DNA of 64,000 bases from contig CALXUO010000049.1 in assembly GCA_944391695.1 (NCBI GenBank), positions 127 to 64,126 of the forward strand. The letters are read 5' to 3'. The notes under the pieces are model-generated. The model was not told the DNA's origin, did no database searches, and was given only the letters and a program-made list of their open reading frames with translations. Shown here in pieces: positions 10,254 through 17,740 of this stretch (position 1 is its first letter; the number at the start of each line of letters is the position of its first letter). Source of the DNA: an uncultured Alphaproteobacteria bacterium. GTDB lineage: Bacteria > Pseudomonadota > Alphaproteobacteria > RF32 > CAG-239. A program made the translations under genes and the position numbers.

Positions 10254-10434
10254 CCTCTCTATCCTTCTTAAAAGGATTGCCTAAAATAATCCCTGCCGCC
10301 GATAATGCCAAAATAAGCAAAACTACTGCTATGTAATATACTGCCTTATCCGCCAAAAACGCAAATAAATCAATGCTGTAGGCTATAATAAGAAGTATTA
10401 ATATTATAAACGTCCCAAGCCATGCTTTTGCCAT
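10234..10434 (-). CDS. small two-TM membrane protein, first gene of the virB6 operon
   Basis: 66 aa: 'WLGTFIILILLIIAYSIDLFAFL' and 'YYIAVVLLILALSAAGIILG' followed by an acidic tail. Its 3' end overlaps the next gene's start by 20 nt. I recognise no family. Confidence 0.45.
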   Translation of the reverse strand: MAKAWLGTFIILILLIIAYSIDLFAFLADKAVYYIAVVLLILALSAAGIILGNPFKKDREDDKSDE

Positions 10435-10467
10435 TTTGAAATTATCCTCCTTTGATACTTATTCTAT

Positions 10468-10565
10468 CATAACATATAAATTACTTATAAAGTGTTACAG
10501 TTTTTTGATTTTTTTATAAAACGCCAAAAAAAATATCGCTTAACCTGTTTTTGTACACAAATTGT
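10468..10565. promoter_or_regulatory. conserved promoter/operator blocks in the divergent region between the virB6 operon and the XRE gene
   Basis: The stretch 10471-10521 (aacatataaattacttataaagtgttacagttttttgatttttttataaaa) recurs at 55393-55442 with 2 substitutions and a 1-nt indel. 'gtacacaaattgt' (10553-10565) matches half of the palindrome at 55486-55503. Confidence 0.55.
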
Positions 10566-10656
10566 CTTTTTTTGTACTATTTTCTTGATTAATCCGCCCC
10601 TTGTATTAATATCATAGGCAAAATATACTTAACTTTAATTTTTGAGGTAAGAAATC

Positions 10657-11628
10657 ATGGAAGAAATTATTTTCCCCAACCAGATACGTATGTACCGCCG
10701 CTTGAGAGGGCGCTCCATGCAAGAGCTGGCCGATCATCTCGGTGTCTCCTTGTCTGCCATATCCAAAATTGAAAAAGGATATCGCCGCGTTGATCAGGAA
10801 CAGTTGGTCAGGGTGGCTGAATTTCTTGATTGCCCTCTACAAGAGTTGTTCGTAAATGAGCAAAACTCCCAACAGGAAATCGTCTTGGCTTGGCGCAGAG
10901 AGCAAGAACGCCGAAATAAAATTAATGAAAAAAGCGGTTTGAAAACTTTGGGTGCCGGGTTGCGGCAAATCCGCAATGAAAAAAACCTTACCTTGATTGA
11001 AGTGGCCGAAAGTGCCGATATGACCTTGTCGGTTTATCACAGAATCGAGATGGGGCAACGCGAGGTTTCCGACAAAGAGATGAAAAATATTGCCAAAGCT
11101 CTTAAATTGCCCGTCGATGAGCTCAAAGCTCAGATTAAAGATTTGGATGAGAAAGGTTTCTTGGAAGAAATTATTCAACGTAATGATGCTAAATATAAAT
11201 TGTTGTCTACTCCCCGAGGTGCTATTGCTTCTTTTGCCGGAATAAATATGGAAAATAATCAGATTTCCGTTTTCGGAACTGCCGGCAAAAACGGCGATGT
11301 AATTATTGATCCGGAAGAGGAAGTTAAGAAAGTTCCTTGCCCTACATCTCTTATAAATAAAAAAGATGCCTATGCGGTTAATCTTTGTACCCGCAGATTA
11401 GGAAATTTGTTGCCGGCCAGAGCTATATTGTTTGTTGATCCTCAGGAGCCTGTCAGCGTAGGAGATATTGCCGTTTACTATTCTTCCGAGGAAGAGGCTA
11501 AGATATTGTCCGTCAGAGAAGATGATATGGGGCAGCTTTATGGTGTTCGTTGGAATCCTGATGAAAAAATAAATTTGAGCGATAATGATTTGCAAAAAGT
11601 TCACCGCGTGGTCTTTATTAGTTTGTAA
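10657..11628 (+). CDS. XRE-family transcriptional regulator with two HTH domains and a LexA/CI-like C-terminal beta domain
   Basis: 323 aa. HTH 1 is 'IRMYRRLRGRSMQELADHLGVSLSAISKIEKGYRRV'. HTH 2 is 'LRQIRNEKNLTLIEVAESADMTLSVYHRIEMGQREV'. The C-terminus 'ARAILFVDPQEPVSVGDIAVYY...VHRVVFI' has the spacing of an S24-like fold but lacks a G-D-S-M type catalytic Ser motif. A GAGGTAA RBS lies upstream and a terminator follows. Confidence 0.7.
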   Translation: MEEIIFPNQIRMYRRLRGRSMQELADHLGVSLSAISKIEKGYRRVDQEQLVRVAEFLDCPLQELFVNEQNSQQEIVLAWRREQERRNKINEKSGLKTLGAGLRQIRNEKNLTLIEVAESADMTLSVYHRIEMGQREVSDKEMKNIAKALKLPVDELKAQIKDLDEKGFLEEIIQRNDAKYKLLSTPRGAIASFAGINMENNQISVFGTAGKNGDVIIDPEEEVKKVPCPTSLINKKDAYAVNLCTRRLGNLLPARAILFVDPQEPVSVGDIAVYYSSEEEAKILSVREDDMGQLYGVRWNPDEKINLSDNDLQKVHRVVFISL

Positions 11629-11640
11629 ATATTTGCTCTT

Positions 11641-11667
11641 AAAAAAACCGCCAATTGGCGGTTTTTT
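11641..11667. terminator. bidirectional rho-independent terminator
   Basis: The sequence is aaaaaaa-ccgcc-aatt-ggcgg-tttttt. It lies between the convergent stops at 11628 (+) and 11669 (-). Confidence 0.7.
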
Positions 11668-11668
11668 A

Positions 11669-12352
11669 TTATAGCGGCGGAATATTAAGCTGGACTATTT
11701 CGCCGGGGCCTATTTTGCTGTTGGCATAACGCATATTGCCGGTTTCAATCATAAAACGCTGGCGGCCAGTCATTTGCGAGGCCAAATCATAAAAATCTTT
11801 GGCGCGCATATCTTGTCTTTGTGGATTCATAATATATAAAACACAGCCTTGCGCCCTTTCGGCAACGCCACAACGCGCGCGACCTCGCGGAACTTCGGCA
11901 TTGACAATAACCCCTTGCAAGCCGTTGCGCACAATCTTCGATTCTCCAAAAATAAATTTGCCGGCTACCATCCCTACAAACAAACTGACACTCAGTATTA
12001 AAAAGAAAACTTTCATCGTTAGCCAGTCAGGAAGACTTGAGACATAGCGGCTGCGACCATAGACTTCCTCTTCATATGCTTCTTCATCTATATATTGCGG
12101 CGATTGCGAGCTATTATCATTGGTGAGCCCTTGCCGTATTTCCGTGGAAGGAAGGTCTGCATCATCAAGATATCTGTCTATATCCGGTTTATCGTTTGCC
12201 GTTGCGGTATGAGACTTTCTCTCAGATTGATTATCAGTTTTAAACGGATTGGAATTTACTTCAACCCGTGATGCACTTTGCGGCGTTGAACGATTTATCG
12301 GACGCTTGATTTTTTTAAGTTGGGGATGTGTATTGCCTGACTGATTATCCAT
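11669..12352 (-). CDS. hypothetical single-pass membrane protein (last gene of the long minus-strand operon)
   Basis: 227 aa. A disordered N-terminal half is followed by the TM helix 'FFLILSVSLFVGMVAGKFIF' and a C-terminal domain of about 90 aa ('GVIVNAEVPRGRARCGVAERAQGCVLYI'). I recognise no family. Confidence 0.45.
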   Translation of the reverse strand: MDNQSGNTHPQLKKIKRPINRSTPQSASRVEVNSNPFKTDNQSERKSHTATANDKPDIDRYLDDADLPSTEIRQGLTNDNSSQSPQYIDEEAYEEEVYGRSRYVSSLPDWLTMKVFFLILSVSLFVGMVAGKFIFGESKIVRNGLQGVIVNAEVPRGRARCGVAERAQGCVLYIMNPQRQDMRAKDFYDLASQMTGRQRFMIETGNMRYANSKIGPGEIVQLNIPPL

Positions 12353-12371
12353 GACTTTATCCTAAACTAAA

Positions 12372-13646
12372 TTACAAATTATTTTCCAACACTTTGTCCG
12401 TCTTGGTGGTTTTTATAACCCGCGGAACCAACATAATAATGGCTTCGGACTGCGGAGATTTGGAAGCAAACGCTGTATTAGGCAAACCAATAATTAAAAA
12501 ATTTTCACCTAAACGATTATAAATTGAAAAGCTTGAAATCTCTCCGCCACGGCCCTCAATCGTAATATCAGAAAATATTTTACTGTTGCCCTCAAATGAT
12601 GCTTGGGTTAATATTGATAAATCTGCAAAAATGGATGAACGCGGTATACATTTACCAATATCAAAACGAGAATACCACAAATTTGGCACTACAAATTTGC
12701 CCTCTCCTGCTATTTCAACCCTGGCTTGTTGACTTAAAAAAGATGCTAGTGAATCAACATTGATATCATTGGAAGTTGTTAAAATCTTCCCTAATACGCC
12801 GTCTTTAGCGCTTTTTACAGAGCCAAAGCCAAACGCTCCTATAATCTGCTGCCATTCAATCCCTGAGGCATTATACGGATAAAGATTAAAAACTTTTACA
12901 TCATAGGCCAAAAGTAGAGGACTCTCTTCAAAATAATTTATCAGATTGACTATCTTGTTCTTGAGCTCAAAATCTGCATCAAACGTTATGGAATAATCAT
13001 CAAAATCCGGCGTAAAGTCTGTAATCCCGGAACCTCGCAAAACATCTAAAACTGCAAGCATAATGGTCTTGGAGCGCGGAATATAAAGACTGAAATTAGC
13101 TTTGCGGGAAATGCGCATCGTTTTGTTGGTCGAATTGTAGGTATAGTATATCTCGGCTGCATCTGTAATCATGGTTACCACTTCGGAAAAATCCCCTCGT
13201 AAGTTGTCCGCCGATATACTTGAATAGGGCGCGTCTTTAGCAACCAGCTTTATGCCGGCCTCTTTGGTCAGTTTTAACAATGCTTTTTCTGCCGGCATAG
13301 TTTCAAACGAAAGCCCATTCACTTCATAGCGCGGCAATGCATCGCTTTTACCGTTTCTTATCAGTTGAAACGCTTTTGTATTGTAGGGAATGGTTGATAT
13401 CATTTGCTGGGTGTCCCAGTTGACAAAACAGCGCAACGGAGTTTCCAAATCCAGCCTATTTGCCCCTTTGGGTGTCCTTATCTCTGGATATGCTTTCTTT
13501 TCAACCTTAGCCGTGTATACAGGGATTTGTGTTGTTGATGAGGATTCTCCTTTAATTTTTGATGTTAATGAATCAAAAATACCGCACGAGCTTAAAAGGC
13601 TTATGCTGGCAACTAGTATTATTTTTAAGCTTTGATGTGGTTTCAT
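12372..13646 (-). CDS. secretin-like outer-membrane lipoprotein (divergent and short)
   Basis: 424 aa with a lipoprotein signal 'ILVASISLLSSC'. 'AEIYYTYNSTNKTMRISRKANFSLYIP' parallels 'GVWWKYENKDIYFYKFITKTFVIYSLP' of the PilN-like secretin at 58042. 'LLAYDVKVFNLY' and the C-terminus 'ISSFSIYNRLGENFLIIGLPN...EAIIMLVPRVI' parallel the secretin motifs 'VSVKIMQVTV' and 'EVALASGESLILTGYEK...NILVIILTPVVL'. Confidence 0.45.
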   Translation of the reverse strand: MKPHQSLKIILVASISLLSSCGIFDSLTSKIKGESSSTTQIPVYTAKVEKKAYPEIRTPKGANRLDLETPLRCFVNWDTQQMISTIPYNTKAFQLIRNGKSDALPRYEVNGLSFETMPAEKALLKLTKEAGIKLVAKDAPYSSISADNLRGDFSEVVTMITDAAEIYYTYNSTNKTMRISRKANFSLYIPRSKTIMLAVLDVLRGSGITDFTPDFDDYSITFDADFELKNKIVNLINYFEESPLLLAYDVKVFNLYPYNASGIEWQQIIGAFGFGSVKSAKDGVLGKILTTSNDINVDSLASFLSQQARVEIAGEGKFVVPNLWYSRFDIGKCIPRSSIFADLSILTQASFEGNSKIFSDITIEGRGGEISSFSIYNRLGENFLIIGLPNTAFASKSPQSEAIIMLVPRVIKTTKTDKVLENNL

Positions 13647-13663
13647 TACCTATCCTTACTCCA

Positions 13664-14272
13664 TTAGTTCCCCGTTTGTGGATGCGGTTTCGGCTGTTGA
13701 CCACCCACTGATTGCGGTTGCGAAGGTTGGCGAGTGTTTGCCGCCGAATTTTGCGGCCGTGGCGGTGTAGTATTATCGGGCTTAAGCACTTGTTGAGGCT
13801 TTGTGTTATTGGCTTTCATCAACTTTTCTACCACTTCATCCATCGACATACCCGCCCCTATCGTGGGATCTTCAGACTTATCTATATCGCCTAATGCTGC
13901 TTTCATCTTGTTTAGCTCGTCTTTGTCTTGCTTTATCATCTCAGGTGAGGCATTATGCTCAAGCTCGGTCTTGAATTCTTGCAAATTTTTCTTCAGAGCA
14001 TTTATGCCGCCGGATACTTTCTTGTCAACATAATCATATAAGTCTGGATGCGAAACTATGTATTCTCCGGTTTCGGATATTTCCTCCAAAACATCTAAAA
14101 TATAGGCATAATGCTTGTATTCTTCCATTGCAATATTGCCACTACGAACACAACGTGCCGCAATACGGGAAATCGTCATATCATAGTATTCTTTAAGCAA
14201 AACATAATTGTCAACATACCAGGTGTCCCCTGCCATATTTTTGCCTGAGCTGAATGTCTTGTTTTGATCCAT
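13664..14272 (-). CDS. hypothetical soluble protein with a P/Q-rich C-terminal tail
   Basis: 202 aa with no signal peptide or TM helix. The C-terminus reads 'PPRPQNSAANTRQPSQPQSVGGQQPKPHPQ'. An AGGGAGAG RBS lies upstream. Confidence 0.45.
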   Translation of the reverse strand: MDQNKTFSSGKNMAGDTWYVDNYVLLKEYYDMTISRIAARCVRSGNIAMEEYKHYAYILDVLEEISETGEYIVSHPDLYDYVDKKVSGGINALKKNLQEFKTELEHNASPEMIKQDKDELNKMKAALGDIDKSEDPTIGAGMSMDEVVEKLMKANNTKPQQVLKPDNTTPPRPQNSAANTRQPSQPQSVGGQQPKPHPQTGN

Positions 14273-14347
14273 ATAATTCTCTCCCTTTCTTGCAAAAACC
14301 GCTTGTTTTTAATCTAGTGTAGCATTACCGCTTTGTAAATTATTATT

Positions 14348-16669
14348 TTAATCTTTTAGAACACTATTTTGATAAGGGTCCACAAAATCATTGTCATCTG
14401 TATTATCAAATATATGAAATCTGTCGGAAATTTCTAACGGCGCCGTTTGATAAATCGGCGGATTGTCATCAACTACCTTTTCTTGACCGTATAAGTCACT
14501 GCTGCAAATATAGCTGTTGTCGCCTATTGCTTCCATATACGGTATCTCTTCTTGTTCATCATTAACATATACCCATTCCCAATCCTCATCCGCATTATCA
14601 TTGCTATTATCCGTAGGTGCCTCAGGTTTTTCTGGAACAGGACTAAAACCCCAATCCTCGCCGCTTGATGATATGGAAGAATCTTGGGCAATATCCGATG
14701 TTTCTTCAGATGTTTCTTCGCCACTCATTGATTGCTCTTCTTGTAAAATATTCTCTGCTTTGTCCTCAGAGGACAAAATATCATCAACTTTATTGGTCTT
14801 AAACGGAGATGGCGAATCCGACTTTGCTTCTTCTTGAGACGATAGCTCAGCAGAAATTGTTTCCTCAACGGGGCTGATTTCTTCTTCTAAAAATTTTGGC
14901 TGCGGCATCTCTGAAATAATATCATCCAGTGGTACAGTATCTTCTTTGCTTTCTGACACCAAATTATTTACAATTTCGTCTGTTTGTTTTTTCTTCTTCT
15001 TTTTTTTCTTTTTCTTTTTGACAGGCGCTTCCGCTTCTGAAAAATTATCTGTCGCAACTATTTCATTTATCTTTGCCGGTGTTGATGTTTCTTCTTCTGT
15101 TTCCCGAGGGATAAAATTATCAACGGTTTCACTTATGTTTTCCTCATTAACAATCTCCGAATTATAATTAGCACTTTCATAACTGTCTTCTGCCACATTA
15201 TTTAACGAGGCCTCATCCGTAATAAATTCTGACCGATTTTGATTATAAACGGGCGGTGCTACATTATAAACCGGTAAGCTTATTTCTTTAAGACTTTGTG
15301 CAAATATTTCTGCCAATTCTTTGGTTTGACGAGCACTTATCCTATCATAGAGCTTGCTTTGCTCTTTTATGGCTTTGGATATGGCTTTCTCAAGATTTTG
15401 ATCATTGGCTGCTTGCAAAGCTGATATTTTGTCAACCAATAACAATATCTGCGCTGAATTATCCGTTGTATTGATTTGAATATTGTTGGCATTATTGTTG
15501 GCTTGCGATGTGTTGTTTTGTTGAATGTTGGCTGATAATACCGCTTGTACCAATTTTTCTTGCGAATCGCCTATCAGTTTTAGTAATTTTTCGTCATTGG
15601 CCTCAAATCTTGAAACATTTGATGTGCCGATATTGATATTGCTTAAGCTTTTTATTACCTCTGTTTGTGATTTTTCAAACGCGGCAATAAGCTCTTTATT
15701 ATCGTTGGCCCTGCTTAATGATGTTGCTTCAACTTTATCAAGGCGTAAGTTTAGCTGCTTTTGCCCCTCTAAAACAACTTCTATCAGTTTTTGTGCAACG
15801 GTATCATTTGACGCTACATTATCAGAAGAGAGGGATTTTGATGGAAATGCTTGCGCAAAAGCTGCCAACGAAGCATTTATGGAATTTTGGCTTTGAGCAA
15901 TGGTTTGACATAATGCGCTGATTTCTTGATGCTGCTCTTCGCGCTCAATGCGATAATTTTCGGTTATGGTTTGGCATATATTTTTTAGCTCTCTGCTTTG
16001 CAAAACTGCTCCTATTTTGCTGCTGTCAGCTATTGTCTTACACAACGTGTTAATTTCTTGCCGTTGATCTTCGCGATTTTTTTCCATGCTTTGAGCCAGA
16101 TAAAGCTGAACTTTGCTTAAATCGGCCGTTAGTTTATCTAATCCTTCTTTTTGTGTGTTTGTTTGCTCTTCGATTAATCCGCCTATAATTTTGGCAAATT
16201 CGGCAGCAAAATCTTTATCTAAGCTAAGTTTGGACGGAGCTGCAACAACACCTACTCCATTGGCTCCGGAAAAAGCTTGCGGCTGGGGTTGTACCTGTAC
16301 TTGCGGCTGTGCCTGCGCTTGCGCTTTGGCCAATGCTGTTGCTAATATTTGAGCCTGTTGATGCGCCTCTTCGCTCATCTTGGGAGATGTTGTCGTGGTA
16401 TGAACAGATCTTTGGACACCACTTTTTTCAGCTAACTCATCGGCATAATCTTGAAGCATTGCCCCACCAGGAAGCGAGGAAAAAAGCCCCCTTATCTCTG
16501 GCGACAACTCCAATAGCATCTTATTGAAGCCTTCTTTGCGCTCCGGACTTAGGATGTGCATTTGGCGATAGATATTTAAAAACCTTTGCGCCACAACGAC
16601 TGGATCTTCTTCGCCGTTGCGCAAGGCTTTTCTGCGTGCTTCTGTTGTTTTATCCGATTCTAACGCCAT
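14348..16669 (-). CDS. hypothetical large acidic coiled-coil protein (no signal peptide)
   Basis: 773 aa. It contains an internal duplicated segment ('REDQRQEINTLCKTIADS' and 'REEQHQEISALCQTIAQS'), an 11-Lys run, and a very acidic D/E/S-rich C-terminal third. I see no Walker A motif. It lies immediately downstream of virB11. Confidence 0.5.
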   Translation of the reverse strand: MALESDKTTEARRKALRNGEEDPVVVAQRFLNIYRQMHILSPERKEGFNKMLLELSPEIRGLFSSLPGGAMLQDYADELAEKSGVQRSVHTTTTSPKMSEEAHQQAQILATALAKAQAQAQPQVQVQPQPQAFSGANGVGVVAAPSKLSLDKDFAAEFAKIIGGLIEEQTNTQKEGLDKLTADLSKVQLYLAQSMEKNREDQRQEINTLCKTIADSSKIGAVLQSRELKNICQTITENYRIEREEQHQEISALCQTIAQSQNSINASLAAFAQAFPSKSLSSDNVASNDTVAQKLIEVVLEGQKQLNLRLDKVEATSLSRANDNKELIAAFEKSQTEVIKSLSNINIGTSNVSRFEANDEKLLKLIGDSQEKLVQAVLSANIQQNNTSQANNNANNIQINTTDNSAQILLLVDKISALQAANDQNLEKAISKAIKEQSKLYDRISARQTKELAEIFAQSLKEISLPVYNVAPPVYNQNRSEFITDEASLNNVAEDSYESANYNSEIVNEENISETVDNFIPRETEEETSTPAKINEIVATDNFSEAEAPVKKKKKKKKKKKQTDEIVNNLVSESKEDTVPLDDIISEMPQPKFLEEEISPVEETISAELSSQEEAKSDSPSPFKTNKVDDILSSEDKAENILQEEQSMSGEETSEETSDIAQDSSISSSGEDWGFSPVPEKPEAPTDNSNDNADEDWEWVYVNDEQEEIPYMEAIGDNSYICSSDLYGQEKVVDDNPPIYQTAPLEISDRFHIFDNTDDNDFVDPYQNSVLKD
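14987..15019 (-). repeat. poly-lysine tract (11 K) encoded by a pure pyrimidine run on the + strand
   Basis: The + strand reads ttttcttcttcttttttttctttttcttttt and includes a T8 homopolymer at 15000-15007. It encodes 'KKKKKKKKKKK'. Confidence 0.85.
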
Positions 16670-16759
16670 TTTTTACCAAAAGGTTATAATTTATCCATGC
16701 TAGCCTATGGTAAAACAATCTTGTAAATTTAGGGTTAATAAATATAAAAAAACCTTAAC

Positions 16760-17728
16760 TTAGGTGATTTCAGTAACCGCACGGAGGTTGCCGTCTCGAT
16801 TAATTTGGACAACTCTTAATTTTTGACGCATTTCTTCAATAGTTTTTTTGCGGTCAATAGTCGGATATGTATGCAAAATACGGTCCGTAAAGGCTTGATA
16901 GGCTGCCTCTGAGCTTTCGGCATGGATGGTGGCTAAACAGTTATCGTGACCTGATCCCATAAGCTCCCATATCGCTCCGGCATTGCTCGTGGATATTTCG
17001 CCTCCGATAATTGCATCGGGGGTAAAACGCACAACCAAGTCAATAACTTTGGCATAGGTTAAGGCGTTTGTTTGTTCGGTACGTGAAAGAGTAATATGAA
17101 CCCTGTTCTTATGCGGAACTATCAGCTCTCTGGTATCTTCTATAGTTAAAATACGTTTGTTGATATCAAGTATCTTCAATAAATTGTTTAAAAAAGTGGT
17201 CTTGCCGGTTGATGTAGCCCCTGATACTAAAATGTGATCCCCGCGCTTGATGCTTAGCAATAAGCGCTCGTATGGATCTTCGGGCTCTTTAATATCTTTA
17301 AGCGGGTTAATTTTATGCAATTTTTCACCCTGCAACAATCCATAATCTCCAAGACCAAAGGCTACGTCATCGGCATGGACACGAATCGTTAACGCTATGC
17401 CTCCGGTTAGGTCTTTATTGTCATACATTACATTCTTTCCGCAAATTGCCGAAAAGCGATGCTCGCCAGGAATAGTAGCATAAACAACCGGATTGCCTTG
17501 TATCGGGTCAAATGGAAGCTCATAGGTGTTGGCTATGATATACAGCAAATCAGTAAGGTATTCTTTACTTAGTTTTTCATCTTTATAAGCCATCCACGGA
17601 TAAGCTCTCTTGCCTCGCAATCTTAGCCATACCTCTCCGGCGTGATTAATTGCTACTTCTTCTATTCCCTCTTGTCCATACCAATAAGCAAGCGGCCTTA
17701 AAATTGATTCCAAAACGGTAAAACTCAT
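16760..17728 (-). CDS. virB11: VirB11-family secretion ATPase
   Basis: 322 aa. The Walker A is 'VSGATSTGKTTFLNNLL'. 'ILTIEDTRELI' is also present. The His-box region reads 'GSGHDNCLATIHAES'. The gene sits directly after virB10. Confidence 0.9.
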   Translation of the reverse strand: MSFTVLESILRPLAYWYGQEGIEEVAINHAGEVWLRLRGKRAYPWMAYKDEKLSKEYLTDLLYIIANTYELPFDPIQGNPVVYATIPGEHRFSAICGKNVMYDNKDLTGGIALTIRVHADDVAFGLGDYGLLQGEKLHKINPLKDIKEPEDPYERLLLSIKRGDHILVSGATSTGKTTFLNNLLKILDINKRILTIEDTRELIVPHKNRVHITLSRTEQTNALTYAKVIDLVVRFTPDAIIGGEISTSNAGAIWELMGSGHDNCLATIHAESSEAAYQAFTDRILHTYPTIDRKKTIEEMRQKLRVVQINRDGNLRAVTEIT

Positions 17729-17740
17729 TTGCTTAACTCC

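Noticed and set aside
14348-16669. The large ORF after virB11 as a divergent VirD4 coupling protein
   Set aside because: It has no N-terminal TM helices and no Walker A or B motifs. Its composition is acidic coiled coil and low complexity, which is not VirD4-like.
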